DNA of 64,000 bases, from NCBI GenBank assembly GCA_964595755.1, contig CAZQQZ010000001.1, forward strand, positions 22,228 through 86,227. Direction: 5' to 3'. The notes under the pieces were generated by a model. The model had not been told where the DNA came from. It did not search any database and saw only the letters and a program-made list of their open reading frames with translations. Of the stretch, positions 1-8,819 are shown piece after piece (the stretch's first letter is position 1; each line of letters starts with the position of its first letter). This stretch comes from an uncultured Candidatus Saccharibacteria bacterium. GTDB lineage: Bacteria > Patescibacteriota > WWE3 > CAZQQZ01. The translations under genes and the position numbers were made by a program.

Positions 1-151
1 ATTCCCGACCAATTTTACCTGGGAAAAGAGCGGTAACATTCGATTTTTTCCCACGGAAAACGACATAAACTAGATCCGTAGAAGCCTCGGGCTTTTCCCA
101 AACATCCTTCATATCAACCACTTTTCTGAATATGCAGTTCTCGTTTGTCAT
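1..151 (-). CDS. N-terminal part (runs off window) of a probable cupin-type (archaeal-like) glucose-6-phosphate isomerase
   Basis: Manual translation gives MTNENCIFRKVVDMKDVWEKPEASTDLVYVVFRGKKSNVTALFPGKIGRE. The T.L.PG.IG.E segment is typical of cupin PGI. Its ATG overlaps the pmm stop (ATGA). Confidence 0.6.
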   Translation of the reverse strand, partial: MTNENCIFRKVVDMKDVWEKPEASTDLVYVVFRGKKSNVTALFPGKIGRE

Positions 152-1524
152 AAGTATTTTTCCACCTCTCCCATCATAATATCACGAACCTTTTTTAAAT
201 CTAAGTCTGACTTTGCCCATGCAAAAACTTCAAGGTAGGGCATCGTGTCAGAATTTCTAACTAATCCCCAAGCGTCGTTAAAGCCGTCAAATTTTATCCG
301 TGCGTCTCCCTCTAAATCCTGAACATAGTTTTTTTCGGAAAGAGCGTCAGAAACCGCTTTTTCGACTATAAACTTTTTGTCATCCGGGAAAGAAACTAAA
401 ATTTCCCCCGTTGATCGAAAAAAAGGCACGTCACACATAAATTGGGAAAGAGGAACATTAAGATCAGAAAGAATTCGCACAAATCTTCCCGCCGCGTATA
501 GCGCATCATCAAAGCCAAAGTAACCATCGGAAAAGAACATGTGCCCTTTATACTCACCGGCAAAAGGGGCCTCCAAAAGTTCTAACTTTTTGGCAACTGT
601 CCCATGACCGGTGGCCACAAGATGCGGTACTCCGCCATGGGCAACAATATCTTCCTCAACCGCAGGGGAGCATTGAGAGTTAAATATTATTTTAGCACCC
701 GGTCTCCTTTTTAGAATATCTCGCGCGAAAAACATCACCAACCCGTCTCCCCAAAGAGTAAATCCTTTATCGTCCACTATATTTACCCGATCCATATCCC
801 CATCAAAAGCAATTCCCAAATCTGCCTTCTCTTGAACCACTCTTACGCATATTTCCACCATATTTTTCCCGGCTGATGGGTCCGGTTCATGATTTGGAAA
901 AGTGCCATCCAATCGCGAGTGTATATCTATTACATCACAGCCTAAAGATCTGAAAAGCTCCGGGCCAAAAAGCCCTCCCACGCCATTACCAGAATCGATC
1001 ACGACTTTAATTTTTTTGGTATTTTCCTTCGGGAAAAAAGATGACAAAGACTTACAAATTGAGTCTAGGTATGGCTTTTTAAGATCTTGTAGGACAATTT
1101 TTCCAAAACCGGAAGAGAACTTTGCAGAATCTAAAATTGCCTTGATTTCTTTTAACTCCGTATCCGGAATAGTCGTCTTGCCGTCGTAGCAAAGTTTAAG
1201 TCCATTCCATTCCGCTGGGTTATGAGAAGCGGTAATTTCGGCCGCCGCCTTAATTTTTAAAAACTGTCTAGAAAAATAAATTAAAGGAGTACTCACAACT
1301 CCGAGGTCGATGACATCTAATCCAACCGAGAGAATCCCTTTAGTAAAAGCTTCGAAAATCTTTTCTGAAGAAAGACGATTATCTTGGCCAACAATAATCT
1401 TATTCTCGCCTTTATCTCTTAACCAGGTAGCAAAAGCGGCGCCAATGCCAAAAGCATCTTTCGCCTCCCAGTCCTGTCCCCATATACCACGAATGTCGTG
1501 TTTTCTGAATATGAATGGATTCAC
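148..1524 (-). CDS. Phosphomannomutase/phosphoglucomutase
   Basis: IFRKHDIRG N-terminus, TASHNP phosphoserine loop, DGDMDR metal loop and GEYKGH. Start placed at GTG 1524, overlapping the iscU stop. Confidence 0.93.
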   Translation of the reverse strand: MNPFIFRKHDIRGIWGQDWEAKDAFGIGAAFATWLRDKGENKIIVGQDNRLSSEKIFEAFTKGILSVGLDVIDLGVVSTPLIYFSRQFLKIKAAAEITASHNPAEWNGLKLCYDGKTTIPDTELKEIKAILDSAKFSSGFGKIVLQDLKKPYLDSICKSLSSFFPKENTKKIKVVIDSGNGVGGLFGPELFRSLGCDVIDIHSRLDGTFPNHEPDPSAGKNMVEICVRVVQEKADLGIAFDGDMDRVNIVDDKGFTLWGDGLVMFFARDILKRRPGAKIIFNSQCSPAVEEDIVAHGGVPHLVATGHGTVAKKLELLEAPFAGEYKGHMFFSDGYFGFDDALYAAGRFVRILSDLNVPLSQFMCDVPFFRSTGEILVSFPDDKKFIVEKAVSDALSEKNYVQDLEGDARIKFDGFNDAWGLVRNSDTMPYLEVFAWAKSDLDLKKVRDIMMGEVEKYL

Positions 1525-1934
1525 TTTTTCTTTTTCTGATAATTTGAAAGCGCGTCGTGAATCGCTTCTTCCGCCAAAATCGAACAATGAATTTTCGCTT
1601 TTGGTATCCCTCCAAGAGCTTCAACAACATCAGTATTCTTGACCTTAATAGCATCAGAAAGGGATTTTCCCTTAACCAAATCGGTAACTACCGAGGAGGT
1701 GGCAATCGCCGCCCCGCAACCTAAAGTTTTAAACTTAACATCTTCTATAAACTCCTCCTCCTTACCCTTAACCGTTCGCTTAGCAATTTTTAGCATCATT
1801 TTCATGACATCCCCACAAACCGGATTTCCAACCACCGCCTCTGCATCTGGATCTTCCATATCCCCCATATTATGAGGAGAATAAAAGTGCTTCATTACCT
1901 GATCGTTATAAGTTAAAGTTGATGTATCAGTCAT
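1521..1934 (-). CDS. iscU: Fe-S cluster scaffold protein (IscU/NifU N-terminal family)
   Basis: GNPVCGD, GCGAAIA and KIHCS cysteine motifs; adjacent to iscS. Confidence 0.93.
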   Translation of the reverse strand: MTDTSTLTYNDQVMKHFYSPHNMGDMEDPDAEAVVGNPVCGDVMKMMLKIAKRTVKGKEEEFIEDVKFKTLGCGAAIATSSVVTDLVKGKSLSDAIKVKNTDVVEALGGIPKAKIHCSILAEEAIHDALSNYQKKKK

Positions 1935-1936
1935 AA

Positions 1937-3124
1937 TTATAAAACAGGACTCATTTCTCTAAGTTTTTCTACTAAGTCGGGAAGGGTTTTAATGACATAA
2001 TCAACCTCCTCGCGAGTAGAATATTTCCCAAGAGACATCCTAATAGATCCGTGGGACCACGCCGGATTTATTCCCATCGCCGTTAGAACATGCGAAGGTG
2101 CCAAAGACTTAGAGGAACAAGCAGAGCCGGTAGATACGAAAATTCCTTCTTTATCCAAAAGCAAAAGGAGGGCTTCACCCTCGATCCCCTCAAAAACAAA
2201 GCTGGCGATGTGGGGGAGCCGATTCTCTGGGTGCCCCGTCAAATGAGAGCTCTTAACATTTTTTAGCACTCCAGTAATTAAGCGATCTCTAAGTTTTGTT
2301 AGAGCCTTCAAATTTGCCAATCTTTCTTTTTGGGAAATTTCAACCGCCTTTCCAAAACCGACGATACCGGCAACATTCTCCGTACCAGATCGAACCCCTT
2401 TTTCTTGGCCCCCGCCATCAATCAAGCGAGAAAATTTTGCCGTTTCTCTCGCATACAACGCCCCTACCCCCTTTGGACCGTATATTTTATGGGCAGAAAG
2501 AGATAGAAAATCAACCCCAAGAAAATCAACATTACAGTTTAAATAGTTAAAAGCTTGAACCGCGTCGGTGTGAAGGTACAAAGGTAAATCACCATCTTTT
2601 CTTTTTCCCCGCACGATTTTAACCATCGAACTTAGGGTTGCAATCGGTTCAATCGCCCCAACTTCATTATTTCCTAACATACAAGAAATCAAAACGGTAC
2701 TCGGCTCTATTTGAGTAAATATTCTTTTAGGGTCAATCTCCCCCGCTTTATTAGCTCCCGCGTAAATAATTTTAACTCCACGAACCCCAAGCTCCTTAGC
2801 GGTATTAATAACAGAAGGGTGTTCCACCTCAGAGACAATAATACTAATTTTCTTTCCTTCCTTTAAAAATCTTTCGGTAACTCCTTTAAGGCAAAGATTA
2901 TTTGATTCGGTTGCTCCGCTAGTAAAGGTTATCTCCGAGGGGTCCGCGCCAAGCGCCTTTGCCAAAATTCCACGGGAAAGCTCAATCGCCTGGCGAGCCT
3001 CTCGACCGAGAGAATGAGCTGACGATGGATTACCATATTTATCTTTCAAAAACGGTAACATTTCCATCATGACATTGGGATCGATTTGGGTAGTCGCGGA
3101 ATTGTCAAAGTAGATGTTATTCAT
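1937..3124 (-). CDS. iscS: Cysteine desulfurase (IscS/NifS group I)
   Basis: IYFDNSATT, SAHKIYGPKG (PLP lysine) and STGSACSS. Start moved to MNNIYF at 3124. Confidence 0.95.
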   Translation of the reverse strand: MNNIYFDNSATTQIDPNVMMEMLPFLKDKYGNPSSAHSLGREARQAIELSRGILAKALGADPSEITFTSGATESNNLCLKGVTERFLKEGKKISIIVSEVEHPSVINTAKELGVRGVKIIYAGANKAGEIDPKRIFTQIEPSTVLISCMLGNNEVGAIEPIATLSSMVKIVRGKRKDGDLPLYLHTDAVQAFNYLNCNVDFLGVDFLSLSAHKIYGPKGVGALYARETAKFSRLIDGGGQEKGVRSGTENVAGIVGFGKAVEISQKERLANLKALTKLRDRLITGVLKNVKSSHLTGHPENRLPHIASFVFEGIEGEALLLLLDKEGIFVSTGSACSSKSLAPSHVLTAMGINPAWSHGSIRMSLGKYSTREEVDYVIKTLPDLVEKLREMSPVL

Positions 3125-3158
3125 AAGAAAATATTCTCTACCTTGGATTATAGCACTT

Positions 3159-4826
3159 TCAATTGAGGGGGAGAGTAAATACAAAACGAGCGCCTTTTCC
3201 AACTTCGCTTTCCACCCAGATACTGCCTCCGTGAGCCTCAACCACGCCTTTGGCTACGACCAACCCCAACCCCGTACCCTTACTTGAAGCCGCCGTTTTT
3301 ATCTGTTCAAATTTTGAAAAAAGTTTAGATTGATCGCTTTTTGCAATCCCAATTCCACTATCTCGAACATATACTTTGACAAAATCTCCTTCTGCGTACA
3401 CACCCACCTCAACGCTTCCTGTATCGGTGAACTTAATCGCGTTAGAAATCAGATTATTAAGGACCAAAGATAATTTCTCTTCATCAAAAGAAACTTTAAG
3501 ATCGTCCTTGGGAAGGTTGATATTCAGGGAAATTTTCTTTTCATCTGCCTTAACTTTAAAGAACTCCACCTCTTTTTTGATAAAGTCAGAAATGGAGGAA
3601 AGCTTTTTGAGTAGTTCAAACTTACCGGCTTCCATCTTGGCGATATTTAGCAAATTGCTAACCACCCCAAGCATAGAGTATGAGGATTGATTAATCTGAT
3701 CATACATTTTCTTGGCCATCTCAAGATCGAGCTGTTGTTGGCGCTTGATCAAGGTATCAGACATTCCGTGAATAACGGTCAGCGGCGCCCTTAGCTCATG
3801 CACCATCATATGGGTAAAATCTTCCCGCATTTTTTGAATTTCTTTGTCCTTGGTTATATCGTGAATCAAAAGAACCGCCCCAATCGTTTCTTCTCCTCTT
3901 TTTACCGGCGACGCGTACAACTGAAGATATTTATCATCCTTCAATATTTCTGAAATTTCAATTTTCTTAACCTTGACCGTTTCCTTCAAAATTTCTCTCA
4001 AATCTGCTTTTCCGCGAAGAGCCTCGTATACTTCAATAATTGAGAGCTCTTTCTGGGGGTCTAATCCAAGTAGTCTTTTGGCGGCAGGATTAACCACCGT
4101 AAGAAGCATATCAGAACTAACCATCACCACCCCGTCAGTCAAACTCTCAACCGCCGTTTCGATTTTCCCTTTTTCCTCGGCTAGCACAATTTGCAAATTT
4201 TCGACCGCCCTTGTTGCTCTTTTTGCTATTCGATAGAGAATTATCATATCTTCTTCGTCATAAGTGCTTTCAGAAACAGCAGCGATGGTCAAAACCCCAA
4301 GAACTTTACCAAAAATAACCAAGGGTACATTAAAAAAAGTTTTCGGAAGAAGCCCCGACGCCTGATCTACCATAAGGCCGGTAATCCGCTCATCAATGGG
4401 GAAATTATGAGCCTGCGGATCAGCCACCTCATAAAAACTGGCGAGCATCCTTTTTTTGACTTCAGAAATGTAGGCGGGGCCAACTCGATCGTTGGCATGA
4501 AGGCGGAGGGCAAGGCTTTTTTGGGTTTTCACCAGATACGAAGCGGAGCTATACTCAAACAACTCCCGTACAGAATCAATAATTATTTCCGCAATTTTTT
4601 GTATGTCCAAAGAATAGCTAATCCGGTCAGAAATCTCTTGGAGAACGGATATCTCAAACAGTTTTCTCTCCGCGTCGTCTTCCCGCCTTTTTAATGAAGA
4701 TAAAAGTCCCGTATAGAGGTCTTCCTTCCTTTTAGCCAAAAAAATCACCGAAAAACACAAAAAAAATAAGAAAAATATCAGAATATCCCGAGGATTAGTT
4801 GTTAAAAGAGGGTCTTGATTATACAT
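3159..4826 (-). CDS. Membrane-anchored sensor histidine kinase (TM-GAF-PAS-HisKA-HATPase)
   Basis: HELRAPL H-box, NLISNAIKF N-box, DSGIG and GTGLGL G-boxes, with GAF-like and PAS-like segments upstream. Confidence 0.93.
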   Translation of the reverse strand: MYNQDPLLTTNPRDILIFFLFFLCFSVIFLAKRKEDLYTGLLSSLKRREDDAERKLFEISVLQEISDRISYSLDIQKIAEIIIDSVRELFEYSSASYLVKTQKSLALRLHANDRVGPAYISEVKKRMLASFYEVADPQAHNFPIDERITGLMVDQASGLLPKTFFNVPLVIFGKVLGVLTIAAVSESTYDEEDMIILYRIAKRATRAVENLQIVLAEEKGKIETAVESLTDGVVMVSSDMLLTVVNPAAKRLLGLDPQKELSIIEVYEALRGKADLREILKETVKVKKIEISEILKDDKYLQLYASPVKRGEETIGAVLLIHDITKDKEIQKMREDFTHMMVHELRAPLTVIHGMSDTLIKRQQQLDLEMAKKMYDQINQSSYSMLGVVSNLLNIAKMEAGKFELLKKLSSISDFIKKEVEFFKVKADEKKISLNINLPKDDLKVSFDEEKLSLVLNNLISNAIKFTDTGSVEVGVYAEGDFVKVYVRDSGIGIAKSDQSKLFSKFEQIKTAASSKGTGLGLVVAKGVVEAHGGSIWVESEVGKGARFVFTLPLN

Positions 4827-4844
4827 TGGGCAGAAACTTACACG

Positions 4845-5147
4845 TCACTTTTCTTTTTTAGAAACCCGAAATAACTCAAAGATATTCGTTAAGGATAGAA
4901 TTCCCATTAAACAGAAAAAAGTTTGCGAAAGCGGCACCAACCAAATATTCTCGACGCCAAAAACGCTTGGAATCAAAGCAGAAACCAAAAAACTCAAACC
5001 AATAAAGAAAATTGGCTGTCCGATTTTTCCAGTCCCAATTTTTAAAACAAAAAGCAAAGTTACCAAAAAGGCGATAAAGTTTACAACCGTAAACAACATC
5101 GCGTCCCCAACAAGCGGGCCGGTGTTAGCAATAATTGTTAATCCCAC
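4845..5147 (-). CDS. Small membrane protein (about 3 TM helices) within the two-component operon
   Basis: Hydrophobic 100-aa ORF with a strong AGGAGGTG Shine-Dalgarno upstream of a GTG start. Confidence 0.7.
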   Translation of the reverse strand: MGLTIIANTGPLVGDAMLFTVVNFIAFLVTLLFVLKIGTGKIGQPIFFIGLSFLVSALIPSVFGVENIWLVPLSQTFFCLMGILSLTNIFELFRVSKKEK

Positions 5148-5171
5148 AAAAAATCACCTCCTGTTTATAAC

Positions 5172-5474
5172 TTAAAAATTCCCTTCGCTTTCTTTAACCA
5201 TCTGTTTTCCAAGTTCTAATAAAGACGGGTATCTCGCAAGAAGCGGCTCCATCGTTTTTTTGATTATTTCCCCAGATAAACTGACATACTCGTTAATAAG
5301 AGATTTTAAAGCTTCTTCCGGGGAACCGTTGATCCTTACCACATGCCCATCGTCGTCAATAACAAGCGAGGAAACTTTCCTTGCTTTAAGAAGGGAAATC
5401 GTGGGCCCCAAAACAACCATTTGCTTGGTAATAAGCTCGGTCAAAATTTTTCGGTACTCGATATCGTTTGGCAT
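5172..5474 (-). CDS. Small cytoplasmic hypothetical protein in the two-component operon
   Basis: Starts at MPNDIEY (ATG 5474) immediately after the receiver-gene stop; 100-aa ORF. Confidence 0.7.
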   Translation of the reverse strand: MPNDIEYRKILTELITKQMVVLGPTISLLKARKVSSLVIDDDGHVVRINGSPEEALKSLINEYVSLSGEIIKKTMEPLLARYPSLLELGKQMVKESEGNF

Positions 5475-5475
5475 T

Positions 5476-5877
5476 TTAAGCGTTTGTGGTAGACATTCCT
5501 TCATTAGACTCTCCAAGGAGCTGTTCGATTTTGTCGACCACTTCTGAAGGTACAACCTTGTATTTAAGAATAAAATCTTCCGCTCCCATATCAATCGCTT
5601 TGCTAATATTTTCCTCATTACCAAAATTTGTAAGCATAATCACCGGGAGCTTATTAAGTTCCGGGTCGGCTTTCATCTCCCCCAGCGCCTGAATTCCAGT
5701 TTTATCGGGAAGAACTATATCCATAAGAACAACGTTCGGCTTTTCGCTTCGCGCGATTTTTAATCCTTCTTCCACATTACTAGCTCTAAGTAGAGCCAAA
5801 CCCCGAAGCTTAAATTCTGGCTCGTACATCGCAAACAAAGAATCATCGTCTTCTACAATAAGAATTTTTTTCGTCAT
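5476..5877 (-). CDS. Stand-alone response regulator receiver (CheY-like)
   Basis: KILIVEDD, MDIVLP phosphoacceptor, MLTN and conserved K; no output domain; GGAGGAGG SD. Confidence 0.92.
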   Translation of the reverse strand: MTKKILIVEDDDSLFAMYEPEFKLRGLALLRASNVEEGLKIARSEKPNVVLMDIVLPDKTGIQALGEMKADPELNKLPVIMLTNFGNEENISKAIDMGAEDFILKYKVVPSEVVDKIEQLLGESNEGMSTTNA

Positions 5878-5912
5878 TTTTATTTAAAACACCTCCTCCA
5901 AACGTCTAATAA

Positions 5913-6653
5913 TTATTTGAGCATGGACAGATCTTCCATGATTTTTTCCTTGCTGACAACACTTAAACCCTTTTCTTCTTTGGCAGTTGTAAGCAGGAAA
6001 TCTCCCTCGGTAAGAATAAAACAAATCGAAGCTTCTTCCTTATCGCATTTCTCCGCCTGAAGTGCGGCGATAAATGGATTCGGGTCGGAAACATAGGCGT
6101 AAACTGTAGAAAAGGGGTGGGTTTGTTCGTAAAGAGAAAGCCCTCCCTCCATCGTAAAAGCGTAAGGCACCCCCCTTACCTTTGAGGTTTGATTGATTAT
6201 TTTCGCCACCGTTTTTAACGAATTAAAGGGACTTTTGCAATAAATTAATTTCCTATCTGAGCTCTCTAAAGACTCATTCTCCATATTAAGGCTATCCTCG
6301 TCCAAAAAAGTGTCCTTTTTTGGAGGGGCAAAAAATGTTGTCGGGTTCTTTGGCAAATCAAAAACCTCCGCCTCCTTAACTGATTGATCGATTTCCTTTA
6401 AATCCAGGGGTTCGTTTCCCGCTTCCGACTCGGTTTCTAAAACCTTTTCCCGCTCTTTCGCAGGGGCCTTAATCCTGCGTTTGCTTAAAAGCTCCTCAAT
6501 GTTCTTCTTCGAAAAACGATACCTCCCACTCATCAACTGAACATCAGGAACAATGTAACCCCGCTCAAGATAGCGATAAAGCGTCCTCAAGGTAACGTTT
6601 AAAATCGAAGCTACCTCATCCGAAGTATAAAGTTTGTCTTCTAATTCAATCAT
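5913..6653 (-). CDS. MerR/excisionase-type HTH protein with a possible AbiEi-like C-terminal domain
   Basis: LYTSDEVASILNVTLRTLYRY...GRYRF HTH, an acidic linker, then YAFT...VYAYV...VVS....DL. Confidence 0.7.
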   Translation of the reverse strand: MIELEDKLYTSDEVASILNVTLRTLYRYLERGYIVPDVQLMSGRYRFSKKNIEELLSKRRIKAPAKEREKVLETESEAGNEPLDLKEIDQSVKEAEVFDLPKNPTTFFAPPKKDTFLDEDSLNMENESLESSDRKLIYCKSPFNSLKTVAKIINQTSKVRGVPYAFTMEGGLSLYEQTHPFSTVYAYVSDPNPFIAALQAEKCDKEEASICFILTEGDFLLTTAKEEKGLSVVSKEKIMEDLSMLK

Positions 6654-6661
6654 CAAGGATC

Positions 6662-6689
6662 ATAATAGAGGATTTGAGGGAAACGTCAA
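6662..6689 (-). promoter_or_regulatory. Sigma70-type promoter of the HTH/two-component operon
   Basis: Minus-strand TTGACG and TATTAT at canonical spacing; the -10 ends 8 nt before ATG 6653. Confidence 0.55.
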
Positions 6690-6713
6690 TAACCTTGTGC
6701 GGGGTGGTCGTGA

Positions 6714-6742
6714 CCACCCGAAGCTCGGAGAGCGTAGGGTGG
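6714..6742. repeat. Bulged palindromic repeat abutting the tRNA-Glu CCA end
   Basis: CCACCCGAAGCTCGGAGAGCGTAGGGTGG; 28/29 identical to 7927-7955. Confidence 0.85.
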
Positions 6743-6814
6743 TGCCGCCATGGGGAGTTGAACCCCACTTTACGGATTGAAGGCCCATTGTCCTAACCGA
6801 TAGACGATGGCGGC
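6740..6814 (-). tRNA. tRNA-Glu(UUC)
   Basis: Full cloverleaf with encoded CCA; anticodon loop CCTTCAA (unusual C33). Confidence 0.9.
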
Positions 6815-6836
6815 GTAACTTACCTATTGTAACCTG

Positions 6837-7823
6837 TTACGAGATTTGACGCAACATACCTACAAAAAAATGGAGCTCTTCCTTCCAATAACTTTCATTT
6901 TCGTAGTCTTTTGAAAACGAAATCGTAGCACAAATTCTTTCCAAAAGGCTTACTTTTTCCATAAAAATCACTAGTTTGTCATCAAAAACTGGACAAAATA
7001 AAGAGTAGCCACGTTTAAAACTCTCGGATATTTTCCTGTGGTCCCAACTATTCTGACAAATTGCCCATTGGGCCACCCCAACTCCATAATCATAAAAAGA
7101 GGGACCAAAACAAGTACCCTCAAAATCAAATACTCCGGAAGCTTTGTTTCCTTCAAAAACTAAATTACTGGGACCAAAATCTCCGTGAAGGATACTTTGA
7201 GGCGATCCAAGTAGAGAACGGGTATCCAAAAAAGCCACGCATTGATTAAGTGTACTAAAAACCATCGTGTCCAAGCTTTTTTCCAGATTTATAATGTTTT
7301 GGAAGTCCTTAATTTTTTCGTAGATATCAAGACGAGGAATATCCAAAGAGGTTCCGAAATTTCGGCTTAAAGAGTGAATTTTGCCAAGTAGCTCACCGGA
7401 GCTTTTGACGACCTCCAAATTCCAATCGTCCGGCCAAGCCTTACCTTCAATAAAAGTTAAAACCTCAATCGTGTAACCGTATGGATGATCAAAAAATAAT
7501 TCCCCATTTTTCCCTAAAATTGGGACACGCACGGAGATCCCCTTGCTTTTCAAAAAAATTGACACTTTTTCTTCAAAATAAATACTACCAACGCTCCTTC
7601 TAGGTCGGGAAATTCTAATAATTAATTTTCCAAGATTAGTTTCTGCGATGAAATTAAGATTACTGTAACCGGAAGCAAAAATATTAAAGGAAGTGATATC
7701 TATCGAATAGCGCTCATCAACAAACTTCTCAATTTGAGAATAATCTTTCATTTCCCGAACACGCCTCACAAAAGATGTAAAGGTTTCGTTTTCCTTAAAT
7801 ATTTGCGGTAAAGCAGTCTCCAT
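6837..7823 (-). CDS. APH/homoserine kinase type II-like phosphotransferase
   Basis: LHGDFGPSN (Brenner motif), VFDFE and an N-terminal GYSNLNF loop. Confidence 0.85.
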   Translation of the reverse strand: METALPQIFKENETFTSFVRRVREMKDYSQIEKFVDERYSIDITSFNIFASGYSNLNFIAETNLGKLIIRISRPRRSVGSIYFEEKVSIFLKSKGISVRVPILGKNGELFFDHPYGYTIEVLTFIEGKAWPDDWNLEVVKSSGELLGKIHSLSRNFGTSLDIPRLDIYEKIKDFQNIINLEKSLDTMVFSTLNQCVAFLDTRSLLGSPQSILHGDFGPSNLVFEGNKASGVFDFEGTCFGPSFYDYGVGVAQWAICQNSWDHRKISESFKRGYSLFCPVFDDKLVIFMEKVSLLERICATISFSKDYENESYWKEELHFFVGMLRQIS

Positions 7824-7861
7824 GATTTTTAAATAAGTGGCCGTCAGGTTATATTTTACTG

Positions 7862-7887
7862 CCCTCCTTCGCCAAGGCTTCGGAGGA
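7862..7887. repeat. Bulged palindromic repeat (intergenic copy of the gatB insert)
   Basis: CCCTCCTTCGCCAAGGCTTCGGAGGA; 23/26 identical to the reverse complement of 14165-14190. Confidence 0.8.
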
Positions 7888-7926
7888 CACTCCTAGCTCT
7901 AATCTCGCTTCGTATGTGGCTGTAAG

Positions 7927-7955
7927 CCACCCGAAGCTCGAAGAGCGTAGGGTGG
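7927..7955. repeat. Bulged palindromic repeat abutting the tRNA-Lys CCA end
   Basis: CCACCCGAAGCTCGAAGAGCGTAGGGTGG; direct repeat of 6714-6742. Confidence 0.85.
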
Positions 7956-8027
7956 TGGGTCCAGTGGGATTCGAACCCACAACTAACGCCTTAAAAGGGC
8001 GCTACTCTACCGTTGAGTTATAGACCC
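7953..8027 (-). tRNA. tRNA-Lys(UUU)
   Basis: Cloverleaf GGGTCTA...GCGCC-CTTTTAA-GGCGT...GGTTCGAATCC...ACCA. Confidence 0.95.
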
Positions 8028-8037
8028 TAATTGTAAT

Positions 8038-8418
8038 TTATCCGTTTTCCTCAAAAACATTCTCAAAAAGATTAATTTTCGAAAGCGACAAATCCTCGTT
8101 AAGAATAATCCCAACTACATCAATCCTCAATGATGGAGGAAGTTCGGGGTGGGTTTCCGAATACACCCAACCAGTGCGAGATAACGCCCGTATTTTCCTC
8201 TCATCAACCGCCTCCTCTGGCTCTTTGTAACTACTCCCAATTTGCGTTTTAACTTCTGCGAAAATAAGCTTGTCCCCCTTGACGAAGACAATATCAATTT
8301 CTCCAAAATCTTTAAACCGCCAGTTTTTTTCGATGAATCGGTATCCTTTTTTAATTAGAAAGTCAAGGGCGATTTCCTCTCCCAAACGACCGACCTCCGT
8401 TTTGGAGTAAGTAGCCAT
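8038..8418 (-). CDS. YraN/UPF0102 family putative endonuclease
   Basis: GRLGEEIA, GEIDIV, FAEVKT and RIDVV motifs; start at MATYSK. Confidence 0.9.
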   Translation of the reverse strand: MATYSKTEVGRLGEEIALDFLIKKGYRFIEKNWRFKDFGEIDIVFVKGDKLIFAEVKTQIGSSYKEPEEAVDERKIRALSRTGWVYSETHPELPPSLRIDVVGIILNEDLSLSKINLFENVFEENG

Positions 8419-8440
8419 ATTTTGATTTAAATTCGGGAAT

Positions 8441-8770
8441 TTAGACTCTAGCGTCAACTTTACTCGCCGCTTTTCCAATCCGGTCGCGGATATAATAAAG
8501 TTTCGCCCGGCGAACATCTCCCTCTTGGGCAAGCTCAATCTTTTGAATCAGGGGGGATCTAAGGGGGAAGATTCTCTCAACACCAATCCCAGCGGCGGCA
8601 ATTTTTCTGACCGTAAAAGTCCCTGTCGCCTGGTTTCCTTTGATCGCAATAACAATTCCCTCAAAGGGCTGAATCCTTTCCTTATCGCCTTCTTTTATCT
8701 TGTAGAACACCTTAACGGTATCCCCGGCGCGAAAATCGAATTTTTTAACTGGTGTTTCTTTATCCTCCAT
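8441..8770 (-). CDS. rplS: 50S ribosomal protein L19
   Basis: [24 protein letters not shown] and VRRAKLYY. Confidence 0.97.
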   Translation of the reverse strand: MEDKETPVKKFDFRAGDTVKVFYKIKEGDKERIQPFEGIVIAIKGNQATGTFTVRKIAAAGIGVERIFPLRSPLIQKIELAQEGDVRRAKLYYIRDRIGKAASKVDARV

Positions 8771-8819
8771 AGCAATTTGCTGATTTTATCATAAAAATGA
8801 CCTAAATCAAGGCTTTTTG

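Noticed and set aside
6740-6814. Opal (UCA) suppressor tRNA implying genetic code 25 or 4
   Set aside because: Stem pairing centres UUC in a 7-nt loop, and many conserved genes here end cleanly at TGA (for example iscU, gatC, clp).
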